Assembly (NCBI RefSeq): GCF_016127575.1
Contig: NZ_CP066018.1
Location: 990,001-1,022,000, forward strand
Direction of reading: 5' to 3'
Length of the DNA: 32,000 nucleotides
Origin: Cupriavidus necator
GTDB taxonomy: Bacteria; Pseudomonadota; Gammaproteobacteria; Burkholderiales; Burkholderiaceae
Below the pieces are notes generated by a model. The model did no database searches. It saw only the letters and a list, made by a program, of their open reading frames with translations, and had not been told where the DNA came from. The translations under genes and the position numbers were made by a program. Of the stretch, positions 9,939-18,467 are shown in pieces (position 1 is the first letter of the stretch; every line of letters begins with the position of its first letter).

Positions 9939-11069
9939 GTGACCCAGCCCGTGCCTGGCAGCGAACGCTATATCGGCATCATGTCCGGCACCAGCATGGA
10001 CGGTGCCGACGCAGTGCTGGTGGATTTCAGCGGCGCGCGGCCCGCCGTGCTGGCGGCCGCCAGCCAGCCTTTCCCCGACACGCTGCGCGCGGCATTCTCT
10101 GCCCTGCAGCAGCCGGGCGAGGACGAGATCCATCGCGAGGCGCTGGCAGCCAATGCACTGGCGCAGGTCTACGCCGACTGCGTGGCGGCACTGCTGAGCG
10201 AGGCCCAGGTCGACGCGGCCGCGGTGGCCGCCATCGGCGCCCACGGCCAGACTATCCGCCACCGGCCGGGCCTGTACGACGGCATCGGCTACACCCGCCA
10301 AAGCCAGCATCCGGCGCATCTGGCCGAGCTCGCCGGCATCGACGTGGTGGCGGACTTCCGCAGCCGCGACCTCGCCGCCGGTGGCCAGGGCGCGCCGCTG
10401 GTGCCGGCGCTGCACCATGCGCTGTTCGGCAGCGACGCCGAAACCCGCGTTGCCTGCAATATCGGCGGCATCTCCAATATCAGCATCCTGCCCGCGGCGG
10501 GCGGCGCCGTCAGCGGCTTTGACTGCGGCCCGGGCAATGCGCTGCTCGACTACTGGGTCGGCCGCCACCGCGGGCTTCCCTTCGACAGCAACGGCGACTG
10601 GGCCGCCAGCGGGCGGGTCGACGCCGCGCTGCTGGCGCAGTGCCTGGCCGAGCCCTACTTCAGCGCAGCACCGCCCAAGAGCACCGGGCGCGACCTGTTC
10701 CATCCGGGCTGGCTCGAAGCCCGTCTCGCCTCGTTCCAACACCTCGCGCCTGCCGATGTGCAGGCGACACTGGCCGCGCTGACTGCCGAGGCCATCGCGC
10801 GCGACATGCGCACCCATGCGCCTGATGCGCGCCGCCTGATCGTCTGCGGCGGCGGCGCCCGCAATGCGTTCGTGATGGCACGACTGACGCAGGCATTGCC
10901 CGGCGTGGCCATCGAGACCTCGGATGACTACGGCGTGCCGGTGTCGCAGGTCGAAGCCATCGCCTTTGCCTGGCTGGCACGCCAGTGCCTGCTGCGCCTG
11001 CCCGGCAACGTGCCCACCGTGACCGGCGCCGCCGGGCCGCGCGTGCTGGGCGCGATCTATCCGCGCTAA
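9939..11069 (+). CDS. anmK: anhydro-N-acetylmuramic acid kinase
   Basis: [21 protein letters not shown]-terminal motif and full-length AnmK-like sequence. GTG start. Confidence 0.92.
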   Translation: MTQPVPGSERYIGIMSGTSMDGADAVLVDFSGARPAVLAAASQPFPDTLRAAFSALQQPGEDEIHREALAANALAQVYADCVAALLSEAQVDAAAVAAIGAHGQTIRHRPGLYDGIGYTRQSQHPAHLAELAGIDVVADFRSRDLAAGGQGAPLVPALHHALFGSDAETRVACNIGGISNISILPAAGGAVSGFDCGPGNALLDYWVGRHRGLPFDSNGDWAASGRVDAALLAQCLAEPYFSAAPPKSTGRDLFHPGWLEARLASFQHLAPADVQATLAALTAEAIARDMRTHAPDARRLIVCGGGARNAFVMARLTQALPGVAIETSDDYGVPVSQVEAIAFAWLARQCLLRLPGNVPTVTGAAGPRVLGAIYPR

Positions 11070-11971
11070 GGCAGGCGCATCGCGCCGCCCGCCTCCACCC
11101 AATCCATGAACGCTTGTGCCAGCGGCGAGGCCCGCATGGCCGGCGAGCGCGCCAGCACCACGCGCTGCGGCGTCACCGGCTCGCGCAGCGGCAGGCAGGC
11201 GATCGGCACGCCGTCGTAGCTGTGGTCGCCGGCCGGGCGCGTGCACGACAGCGCCACGCCATAGCCGTGCGCCACCAGTCCGCGCTGCATCTCGAAGGTC
11301 TGCGTGTACTGGTGCAGCACCGGGTGCAGGCCATGCGCCCAGAACAGCGACAGGAAGTACTCGCGCGTCTGCGGGATGTCCTCGAGGATCAGCCGTTCGC
11401 CGGCCAGGTCGGCCAGGCTCACATCGGTGCCGCTTGCCAGCGGATGGCCGGCGGGCAGCAGCGCATAGGGTGCCAGTTCCGCCAGCGTGCGGCGCTCGGT
11501 GCGGGCATCGAGCCCCAGTTCATAGGTCAGCGCCAGTTCGGCCTTGCCCGCCTGCAGCGTGCGGTGGACGGTCGCCAGGTCGGCCTCGAACAAGGTCACC
11601 GAGATGCCCGGATGGTGCCGGCGCAGCCCCGCCAGCAGACGTGGCACAAAGTACGGCCCGAGGTCCTGGAAGCAGGTCAGCGAGAGCTGGCCGGTCAACC
11701 CCCGGCCGGTGGCGTCGTCCACGGTGAGGCCGGCCGCCAGCGCAAGGATGTCTCGTGCCCGCCCCAGCAGGCGCTGACCGGCGGGCGTCAGCGACAACCC
11801 ACGGCTGACCTGGCGCCTGAAGAGAGGCTCGCCCAGAGTGTCTTCCAGCTGCGCGATCGCGGTGGAGACAGACGGCTGCGACACATGGCGCGCGCGAGCC
11901 GCCGCGCTGATGCTGCCGTGCTCGGCTGCGGCGACAAAGTATTCGAGCTGGCGGAAAGAGAAGGGGATCAT
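11066..11971 (-). CDS. LysR family transcriptional regulator
   Basis: N-terminal w[41 protein letters not shown]. About 300 aa, divergent from a dioxygenase gene. Confidence 0.9.
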   Translation of the reverse strand: MIPFSFRQLEYFVAAAEHGSISAAARARHVSQPSVSTAIAQLEDTLGEPLFRRQVSRGLSLTPAGQRLLGRARDILALAAGLTVDDATGRGLTGQLSLTCFQDLGPYFVPRLLAGLRRHHPGISVTLFEADLATVHRTLQAGKAELALTYELGLDARTERRTLAELAPYALLPAGHPLASGTDVSLADLAGERLILEDIPQTREYFLSLFWAHGLHPVLHQYTQTFEMQRGLVAHGYGVALSCTRPAGDHSYDGVPIACLPLREPVTPQRVVLARSPAMRASPLAQAFMDWVEAGGAMRLP

Positions 11972-11972
11972 G

Positions 11973-12013
11973 ATTTCCTATATCGCAACATAGGAAATAT
12001 ATGCTTTTCCTAT
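11973..12013. promoter_or_regulatory. LTTR-type operator: perfect dyad ATTTCCTAT-N8-ATAGGAAAT plus a third half-site TTTCCTAT
   Basis: Dyad arms read at 11973-11981 and 11990-11998. The extra copy is at 12006-12013. All lie in the AT-rich gap between the divergent LysR and PhyH genes. Confidence 0.55.
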
Positions 12014-12061
12014 CCCCAATGCATGGCGATACTGGGCACATCGCCCCCACACAATATCGCC

Positions 12062-12859
12062 ATGAACATCACCCAGGAACACATCGACACCTACCAGCGC
12101 GACGGCGTGCTGGTGCTGCGCGGCGCTTTCACCGACTGGGTCGAACGGCTGCGCGACGGCTTTGCGCAGAACCTGGCCGAGCCGGGCGCCTTCGCCATCG
12201 AGAACGTACGGCCCGGCGAAAGCGGGCGCTTCTTCGAGGACTACTGCAACTGGCAGCGCATTACGCCGTTCGATGACTTTATCCGCCAGTCGCCGGCGGC
12301 TGCCATTGCCGGGCGCATCATGCAGTCGCAGGCGGTGCAGGTGTTCCACGAACACATCCTGGTCAAGGAGCCCGGCACGGCCAAGCCCACGCCGTGGCAC
12401 CAGGACCTGCCCTACTACTGTGTCGACGGCACCCAGACCGCGAGCTACTGGATCCCGCTGGACCCGGTGACGCAGGCCAATACCCTGCGCGTGGTGGCCG
12501 GCTCGCACCGCTGGGCGCGGCTGGTGCGGCCCAAGCGCTGGGCCAGCAACGAGAACTTCTATGGAGGTAACGACGCCTTCATGGAGATGCCGGACGTGGA
12601 AGACGGCAGCTACACCCTGCTCGCACCGGAACTGGAGCCAGGCGATGCCGTGGTGTTCGACTTCCGTACCGTGCATGGCGCTGCCGGCAATACCGGCAGC
12701 GGGCGCCGGCGAGCGTTCTCGGCGCGCTTCCTGGGCGACGACGTGCGCTTCATGCTGCGGCCCGGGCGCACCTCACCGCCCTTTCCCGGCATCGATCAGC
12801 AGACCGGCGAGCGCATGCGCGAAGACTGGTTTCCCGTGGTCTGGCGCGCCGCGCGGTAA
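12062..12859 (+). CDS. phytanoyl-CoA dioxygenase (PhyH) family Fe(II)/2-oxoglutarate oxygenase
   Basis: The N-terminus ...YQRDGVLVLRGAF, WHQDLPYY (H-x-D iron ligands) and FRTVHGAAGN (distal His) fit the PhyH family. An in-frame ATG at 12023 is an alternative start. Confidence 0.8.
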   Translation: MNITQEHIDTYQRDGVLVLRGAFTDWVERLRDGFAQNLAEPGAFAIENVRPGESGRFFEDYCNWQRITPFDDFIRQSPAAAIAGRIMQSQAVQVFHEHILVKEPGTAKPTPWHQDLPYYCVDGTQTASYWIPLDPVTQANTLRVVAGSHRWARLVRPKRWASNENFYGGNDAFMEMPDVEDGSYTLLAPELEPGDAVVFDFRTVHGAAGNTGSGRRRAFSARFLGDDVRFMLRPGRTSPPFPGIDQQTGERMREDWFPVVWRAAR

Positions 12860-12870
12860 GCCATCGCGGA

Positions 12871-12904
12871 AAAGAAAAAACGCACCCGAAGGTGCGTTTT
12901 TTTC
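12871..12904. terminator. bidirectional intrinsic terminator between the PhyH gene and erpA
   Basis: AAAAAACGCACC-CGAA-GGTGCGTTTTTTT, with an A-tract on one side and a T-tract on the other, between convergent genes. Confidence 0.8.
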
Positions 12905-12918
12905 TGGGCCGGTGCCGG

Positions 12919-13287
12919 TCAGACCGAGAACGACGAGCCGCAACCGCAGGTGGTCGAGGCATTCGGGTTCTTGATCACGAACTGCGCGCCGTTGATGTCT
13001 TCCTTGTAGTCGATCTCGGCGCCGACCAGGTACTGGTAGCTCATCGAGTCGATCAGCAGGGTGACGCCGTTCTTGACCATGGTGGTGTCGTCTTCGTTGA
13101 CTTCCTCATCGAAGGTGAAGCCATACTGGAAGCCGGAGCAGCCGCCGCCCTGCACGAACACGCGCAGTTTCAGTTCGGCATTGCCCTCTTCCTCGATCAA
13201 CTGCTTGACCTTGTCGGCGGCGCTGTCGGTAAAGACGAACGGTGCCGGCACGTCCTCGGTAACGGGTGCCTCTGCGACTGCGTTCAT
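12919..13287 (-). CDS. erpA: iron-sulfur cluster insertion protein ErpA
   Basis: A-type carrier motifs GGGCSGFQY and C-terminal CGCGSSF. 122 aa. Confidence 0.93.
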   Translation of the reverse strand: MNAVAEAPVTEDVPAPFVFTDSAADKVKQLIEEEGNAELKLRVFVQGGGCSGFQYGFTFDEEVNEDDTTMVKNGVTLLIDSMSYQYLVGAEIDYKEDINGAQFVIKNPNASTTCGCGSSFSV

Positions 13288-13388
13288 GGGGGGTTCTCCT
13301 GTTTAGATACGCCTGTATTCTAAGCGCTACTGAAAGATCGTGCCGAAACCCTGTGTTTTCAAGGGGTTCCCGGCATGGCGGGTGCCGC

Positions 13389-13877
13389 TCAGGCGGCCTT
13401 TTCAGTGGGTTGGGTGTCGGCAGCGGGCGTTGCGCGGTCCGTGACAGCAGCCTCGTCCGCCGCTTCCGTCACTTCGACCGCCGGCGCCGCCTCGACCAGG
13501 TTCGGCAGCGCCTTGATCTCGCCTTGCACCAGCGGCATCAGGCGGCCTTCGACCAGCGCGCCCTGGTGCATTTCCAGCGCCGCATAGCGCACGTCGCCCA
13601 GCACGCGGGCATGCGGCTGCAGTTCGAGCAGGTCGGTGGCCTGCACCGGGCCCTTGACGGTGCCGTTGAGCACCAGGTGGCCAACGCTGATCTCGCCCTC
13701 GATCATGCCTTTTTCGCTGACCACCAGCATGCTCGGCTTGCCCGGCGCCGCGGTGACGTTGCCGCGCACGCGGCCGTCCAGGCGCAGGCCGCCCGCAAAT
13801 ACCAGGTCGCCGTCGACGGCGGTGTCTTCGCCGATCAGAGTATCGATCGAAAGGCCCTTCTTTTTCGAAAACAGCAT
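13389..13877 (-). CDS. bactofilin family cytoskeletal protein
   Basis: Beta-helical repeat pattern (G.DTAVDGDLVFAGGLRLDGRVRGNV...GEISVGHLVLNGTVKG...VLGDVRYAALEMHQGALVEG) with a disordered Ala/Pro/Glu tail. The ATG at 13877 has GGAG 8 nt upstream. Confidence 0.83.
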   Translation of the reverse strand: MLFSKKKGLSIDTLIGEDTAVDGDLVFAGGLRLDGRVRGNVTAAPGKPSMLVVSEKGMIEGEISVGHLVLNGTVKGPVQATDLLELQPHARVLGDVRYAALEMHQGALVEGRLMPLVQGEIKALPNLVEAAPAVEVTEAADEAAVTDRATPAADTQPTEKAA

Positions 13878-14057
13878 CACTCTCACTCCTCTCTCGTTCG
13901 TGCCGAACCCTCCGGCCGTGGCGCATTCGCGCCGGCAAGCAGCACTTGCCGATGGCGACAGGGCGTGATTGTAGCCGCGCGCAGCCCATACCCCACAAAA
14001 GTATGGCTGCCCAATCGCTTTTTCGGCAGGCCAGAGTATTTCCGTACCCTGCAGGCG

Positions 14058-14090
14058 AAAAAAAACCGCACGGCCAGCGTGCGGTTTCTT
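14058..14090 (-). terminator. intrinsic terminator of rplM-rpsI
   Basis: On the minus strand: CCGCACG-CTGGC-CGTGCGG followed by TTTTTTTT, about 45 nt after the rpsI stop. Confidence 0.8.
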
Positions 14091-14132
14091 TGGTCTCGCA
14101 AGATCCGGCAGTACCGGACCTGCGAAAACGCA

Positions 14133-14525
14133 TCAGCGCTTCGAGAACTGCTTGCGACGACGCGCCTTGTGGAAGCCGACCTTCTTACGCTCGACTTCAC
14201 GTGCATCGCGCGTGACGTAGCCAGCCTTCGACAGGGCCGACTTCAGGGTCGCATCGTAGTCGATCAGGGCGCGGGTGATGCCGTGGCGCACTGCGCCGGC
14301 CTGGCCGGTTTCGCCACCGCCGGTCACGTTGACCTTGATGTCGAACGTTTCAGCGTGAGCGGTCAGTTCCAGGGGCTGGCGCACGATCATCAGCGAGGTT
14401 TCGCGAGCGAAATACTCTTTGATGGGCTTGCCGTTGACGATGATATCGCCCTTGCCCGACTTGATGAAGACACGAGCCACAGCGCTCTTGCGGCGGCCAG
14501 TACCGTAATTCCAGTTACCGATCAT
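14133..14525 (-). CDS. rpsI: 30S ribosomal protein S9
   Basis: [14 protein letters not shown]...and C-terminal [17 protein letters not shown]. Confidence 0.98.
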   Translation of the reverse strand: MIGNWNYGTGRRKSAVARVFIKSGKGDIIVNGKPIKEYFARETSLMIVRQPLELTAHAETFDIKVNVTGGGETGQAGAVRHGITRALIDYDATLKSALSKAGYVTRDAREVERKKVGFHKARRRKQFSKR

Positions 14526-14537
14526 GGATTGGCCTCC

Positions 14538-14966
14538 TTAGATTTCCAGCGCCTTGGGCTGCTGCGCTTCATGCGGATGCTCGGCTTCGGCGTAAACCTT
14601 CAGCTTCTTGATCATCGCGTAGCCCAGCGGACCCTTCGGCAGCATGCCCTTGACAGCCTTTTCCAGGGCACGGCCCGGGAAACGCTGCTGCATCTTGCCG
14701 AACGTCGTTTCGTAGATACCGCCCGGGTAGCCCGAATGGCGATAGTACTTCTTGTCCGTTTCCTTGGTACCCGTGACACGCAGCTTGGCTGCATTGACGA
14801 TGATGATGTAATCACCCGTGTCGACGTGCGGAGTGAATTCCGGCTTGTGCTTGCCGCGCAGACGGCGTGCCACTTCGCTGGCGACACGGCCGAGGACTTT
14901 GTCCGTCGCGTCAATCACGTACCAGTCGCGCTTTACCTCATGAGGCTTGGCGGAAAAGGTCTTCAT
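14538..14966 (-). CDS. rplM: 50S ribosomal protein L13
   Basis: [47 protein letters not shown]... Confidence 0.98.
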   Translation of the reverse strand: MKTFSAKPHEVKRDWYVIDATDKVLGRVASEVARRLRGKHKPEFTPHVDTGDYIIIVNAAKLRVTGTKETDKKYYRHSGYPGGIYETTFGKMQQRFPGRALEKAVKGMLPKGPLGYAMIKKLKVYAEAEHPHEAQQPKALEI

Positions 14967-15103
14967 GATTTTTCCTGACTATTAGTTCGTACCCGAAATC
15001 CGACTCGCGAAGGCTTGTACTCGCCCCTGCAAGTCTTGTGGCTGGCCCGTGAGGGCTGGCCTGATCCTGCTCTTTCTTCCGCGGGTATGACGGAAAGCCT
15101 TCC

Positions 15104-15133
15104 ATTATACTGGCGGCTACCGGAACCGCACAA
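15104..15133 (-). promoter_or_regulatory. candidate rplM promoter (TTGTGC-N18-TATAAT), giving a ~130-nt leader
   Basis: Minus-strand TATAAT at 15109-15104 and TTGTGC at 15133-15128. There is no other consensus-like -10 between the sRNA terminator and rplM. Confidence 0.4.
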
Positions 15134-15233
15134 GCAAAGACTGACCTTTTCGTCAAGGTCGCCGCCATCGCGGGCCCAAACCAGGGCAGCGTCGCGCGCT
15201 TTTCAGTGCTTAGCGCGCCAGAACGCAGGGGCG

Positions 15234-15390
15234 AAAAAAAACCCAAGCGGTTGAGCTTGGGTTTGAATCCACCAAAGGAGGAGGGTGGAGGAGACACTGG
15301 GAGATCGACGGAGGGACTGGCGGGCGGTGCGGCTTGCCCTGGGGCTTCGCTTTCGCACTCTGGCGCGCTGTCAGTGCCGTCGTTCAATGA
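15234..15390 (-). ncRNA. candidate ~155-nt trans-acting sRNA with CU-rich anti-Shine-Dalgarno motifs
   Basis: It is bounded by a near-consensus promoter (next feature) and a minus-strand intrinsic terminator (ACCCAAGC-loop-GCTTGGGT + T8, 15234-15262). There is no ATG in the transcript. A CCACC/GGUGG hairpin (15269-15288) displays the loop CUCCUCCUUU, with further CUCCU, CUCCC and CCCUCC motifs upstream. Confidence 0.6.
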
Positions 15391-15395
15391 TTCAA

Positions 15396-15423
15396 ATTAT
15401 ACATGGGGTTTTCCCCAGTGCAA
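15396..15423 (-). promoter_or_regulatory. near-consensus sigma-70 promoter TTGCAC-N16-TATAAT driving the sRNA candidate
   Basis: Minus-strand TTGCAC (15423-15418), a 16-nt spacer, then TATAAT (15401-15396). Confidence 0.6.
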
Positions 15424-15688
15424 GGAAAATTTGTACTGCGAAATTCAATTTCGTATTGCGGAAAGAAAAACGTGACGCACCAGACAGAGCATTTCGCTTA
15501 GAAATCAATGACTTACGAAAAATCAAGGCATGTCATTGAGCTGTCATACTAGAGGAAACCCTCAGATTTCATAGGGATTTGGGCGTCAGCAACCCAAGCT
15601 GGGCGATGCCATATACTGAGAATTGCAAGATTCGAGATCATGCGCCTGTGATCGGAAGCACACAATATAAACGACAGGAACGAACAAA

Positions 15689-16111
15689 ATGGAATGCAAA
15701 GTGACATGGATGGGTGCCGACGGCATGAGCTTCGTGGCCCAGACCGGCAGCGGCCATATCGTGGCGATGGACGGTGCGCCCGACGGCGGCGGCCATAACC
15801 TGGCACCGCGGCCGATGGAGATGGTGCTGCTCGGCACCGGCGGCTGCACCGCCTATGACGTGGTGCTGATCCTCAAGCGCGGCCGCCAGGACGTTTCCGG
15901 CTGCAGCGTGCAGCTGCAGGCCGAGCGCGCCGGCGAGGACCCCAAAGTCTTCACCCGCATCAACTTCCATTTTGTGGTGACCGGCAAGAATCTCAACCCC
16001 GCCACGGTCGAGCGTGCCATCAAGCTGTCGCACGAAAAGTACTGCTCGGCGTCGATCATGCTGGCCAAGACGGCCGAGATCACGCACACGATGGAAATCG
16101 TCGAAGCCTGA
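15689..16111 (+). CDS. OsmC family protein (YhfA-like)
   Basis: 140 aa. P.E.LL...GGCTAYDVV...L and KYCSAS motifs give the two conserved OsmC cysteines. AGGAA RBS. Confidence 0.9.
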   Translation: MECKVTWMGADGMSFVAQTGSGHIVAMDGAPDGGGHNLAPRPMEMVLLGTGGCTAYDVVLILKRGRQDVSGCSVQLQAERAGEDPKVFTRINFHFVVTGKNLNPATVERAIKLSHEKYCSASIMLAKTAEITHTMEIVEA

Positions 16112-16162
16112 AAGGAAGATGCAGACCCGGTACGCCGTGGTGGCGCCGGGTCATGCCGGAAG

Positions 16163-16510
16163 AAGAAGCAAAGCAGGCCGATAAGCCGGATTCTGTGCGC
16201 CCCGCCCGCCTTGCGGCAAACGGTGCGTGACAACCATTCCTCTAGGCCGGCTGTTACCAGCCGGCTCCAGCTCCCTACCCGCAGACTCAGCGGGCCGCTT
16301 CATCGCCTGCCTATTTGGGATTGCTCCAGGTGGAGGTTACCGCGTTTCACCCTTCCCGCCGGGCGAACCCGGCGGCAAGACTCGTCTCTGTGGCCCTATT
16401 CCGCACGTTGCCGTGGATGGCTGTTAGCCAACACCCTGCCCTGTGGAGTCCGGACTTTCCTCCCCCTGCACCTTGCGGTGCAGGCAGCGGTTGCCTGGCC
16501 TGCTTTGCGG
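16163..16510 (-). ncRNA. rnpB: RNase P RNA, bacterial type A
   Basis: The minus strand reads GGAGGAAAGUCCGGACUCC, AGGGUGAAA, CCAAAUAGG, CCUAGAGGAAUGG and ACAGAAUCCGGCUUAUCGG. P1 pairs GCAAAGCAGGCC (5', 16508-16497) with GGCCUGCUUUGC (3', 16179-16168). End positions are accurate to a few nt. Confidence 0.94.
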
Positions 16511-16540
16511 CCCGCAGTCTAACACCGATTGGCGGCGCCT

Positions 16541-17374
16541 TCAGTCGGCGCGCCGTCCTGGGCGGAACACAGAGGTATCGGCGTAGAAGCCAGGTTCGGC
16601 GTTATCGTCGCACCAGCCCGGAATACCCATCACCGGCAGCGGCGCAAAACTGCGCCCGCCGCGCAGCGCGCCAGCCTGGGCCGCAGCGGCAAGGGATTGC
16701 GCCAGCATGACGTCCAGCCACGGGCCTGCCGCCTGCTGCGGCGCCAGCGGCAGCACCCATGCATGGGCAGTGACCGACTTGTACGGCTGCACCAGTTTTT
16801 CGAGTAGCGCATGGCCGAACGGCACCACCGTGCAGGCCCTGCCCCACGCCGGCCTGGATTCGACCAGCAGCCGCTGCCACGCAAACCCCTTGAGCGCATC
16901 CGCCAGGTCCTGGTCGGTGCTGACAAACAGCACCGCATTTTCGTCGAACAGGGTCGCCGCATCGCGCACGCTGCCGCGCGTGGTCTGCACGCCTTCGCGC
17001 GCAATGACCTCGGCCTGGATCTGGTTGAGCACGCGCTTGGCTTGCGGGAAATGCAGCCAGGTCAGCGCGTTGAAGAAATCGTGGAGATTGTCGCGGGTCG
17101 GGATCTCGCCGGTGGCATGGATATGCGCCTCATAGGCGCTGCCTTCCGGCAAGGCATGCTGGGCAATGAAACGCAGCGGCAGGCCGCGGGCATTGCACAG
17201 GCGGAGTTGGGCTGCATGCGCACTTAGCAGCGCGCGCAGATCGGCGCCGCCCTGCACCGCCGCAGCGAGCGCGGCACCCTGCGCAGCAAACAGCTGGAAC
17301 CACGGCCGGGACCAGTCGATCCCGGCCAGCGCGGCGACGAAGGGCTCGTCGCCCGCTTGCGCCTGCATGGGCAA
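16541..17374 (-). CDS. conserved hypothetical protein (DUF3025-like, from memory of the family found next to pyrC in Burkholderiales)
   Basis: 277 aa with coding-like GC3. It starts 14 nt after the pyrC stop, so is probably co-transcribed. No catalytic motif recognised. Confidence 0.7.
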   Translation of the reverse strand: MPMQAQAGDEPFVAALAGIDWSRPWFQLFAAQGAALAAAVQGGADLRALLSAHAAQLRLCNARGLPLRFIAQHALPEGSAYEAHIHATGEIPTRDNLHDFFNALTWLHFPQAKRVLNQIQAEVIAREGVQTTRGSVRDAATLFDENAVLFVSTDQDLADALKGFAWQRLLVESRPAWGRACTVVPFGHALLEKLVQPYKSVTAHAWVLPLAPQQAAGPWLDVMLAQSLAAAAQAGALRGGRSFAPLPVMGIPGWCDDNAEPGFYADTSVFRPGRRAD

Positions 17375-17388
17375 GGCCGCAGCAGGGT

Positions 17389-18423
17389 TTAGCGGGCCTT
17401 CCAGCGCAGCGTCTCGCCGCCGCGCAGCGGCACCAGCGTGGTGTCGCCATAGGGCAGCTCGGCCGGCAGTTCCCAGTCCTCGCGCTCCAGCGTCAGCGTG
17501 CCGGTGTTGCGCGGCAGGCCGTAGAAGGCCGGGCCGTTGAAGCTGGCAAAGGCTTCCAGCTTGTCCAGCGCGCCGGCGGCGTCGAAGGCCTCGGCATACA
17601 GCTCCATCGCATGCAGCGCGGTATAGCAGCCGGCGCAGCCGCAGGCGTGCTCCTTCAGCCCGCGCGCGTGCGGCGCGCTGTCGGTGCCCAGGAAAAAGCG
17701 CGGGCTGCCCGAGACCGCGGCCGCCACCAGGGCCTCGCGATGGGTCTCGCGCTTGAGCACCGGCAGGCAGTAGTAGTGCGGGCGGATGCCGCCGGTGAAG
17801 ATGGCGTTGCGGTTGTAGAGCAGGTGGTGCGCGGTGATGGTGGCGCCGACCGGGCCGCTGGCGTCGCGCACGTATTCGGCCGCATCCTTGGTGGTGATGT
17901 GCTCGAACACCACCTTCAGCTCGGGCATGTCGCGGCGCAGCGGCGTCATCACGCGGTCGATAAAGACGGCTTCGCGATCGAAGATGTCGATGCTGGGGTC
18001 GGTCACCTCGCCATGCACCAGCAGCGGCAGGCCCGCGCGCTGCATCGCTTCCAGCGCCGGGTAGCAGCGGCGGATATCGGTCACGCCGGCGTCGCTGTTG
18101 GTGGTGGCGCCGGCCGGGTACAGCTTGACGCCGTGCACGAAGCCGCTGGCCTTGGCCGCGGCGATCTCTTCGGCCGTGGTGTTGTCGGTCAGGTACAGCG
18201 TCATCAGCGGCTCGAACTGCAGGCCGGCCGGCAGCGCCGCCAGGATGCGGGCACGGTAGGCCTGCGCCTGCGCCACCGTGGTCACGGGCGGCTTCAGGTT
18301 GGGCATGATGATGGCGCGTGCGAACTGGCGCGCGGTGTCGGGCAGCACGGCGGCCAGGGCCGCGCCGTCGCGCAGGTGCAGGTGCCAGTCGTCCGGGCGG
18401 GTGATGGTGAGCTTCTGGGTCAT
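17389..18423 (-). CDS. pyrC: dihydroorotase (class II, homodimeric type)
   Basis: [10 protein letters not shown] metal-binding motif, [19 protein letters not shown] (carboxylated Lys), and FLGTDSAPH. Confidence 0.95.
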   Translation of the reverse strand: MTQKLTITRPDDWHLHLRDGAALAAVLPDTARQFARAIIMPNLKPPVTTVAQAQAYRARILAALPAGLQFEPLMTLYLTDNTTAEEIAAAKASGFVHGVKLYPAGATTNSDAGVTDIRRCYPALEAMQRAGLPLLVHGEVTDPSIDIFDREAVFIDRVMTPLRRDMPELKVVFEHITTKDAAEYVRDASGPVGATITAHHLLYNRNAIFTGGIRPHYYCLPVLKRETHREALVAAAVSGSPRFFLGTDSAPHARGLKEHACGCAGCYTALHAMELYAEAFDAAGALDKLEAFASFNGPAFYGLPRNTGTLTLEREDWELPAELPYGDTTLVPLRGGETLRWKAR

Positions 18424-18467
18424 GGCTAGCTTGGGCCTGCCGCGGCGGCGGCTGGCGTTCGTCGAAA

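Noticed and set aside
11066-11069. anmK and the LysR gene converge and their stop codons overlap (CTAA), with no terminator between them.
   Set aside because: It is real in the sequence, but tail-to-tail overlaps of a few bases are common in compact high-GC genomes. There is no evidence of a functional antisense arrangement.
14938-15387. A 149-aa minus-strand ORF (TTG start) covering the sRNA candidate.
   Set aside because: It reads straight through an intrinsic terminator and the rplM promoter into the rplM start. It has a Pro/Ser/Ala-rich composition and no RBS, so the region is better explained as non-coding RNA plus promoter.
15384-15403. Possible Fur box overlapping the -10 of the sRNA promoter (TTCAATGATTCAAATTATA), which would make it an iron-regulated RyhB/PrrF-type sRNA.
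   Set aside because: Only about 11 of 19 positions match GATAATGATAATCATTATC in my manual alignment. That is too weak to call in an AT-rich promoter. It is worth a PWM scan but is not supported as it stands.
15285-15539. An 84-aa plus-strand ORF preceded by GGAGGAGGGTGGAGGAG, which looks like a very strong Shine-Dalgarno.
   Set aside because: The GGAGG runs are the complement of the CU-rich sRNA motifs. The ORF starts with GTG inside them, runs into the AT-rich island with non-genomic codon usage, and has no terminator or recognisable fold.
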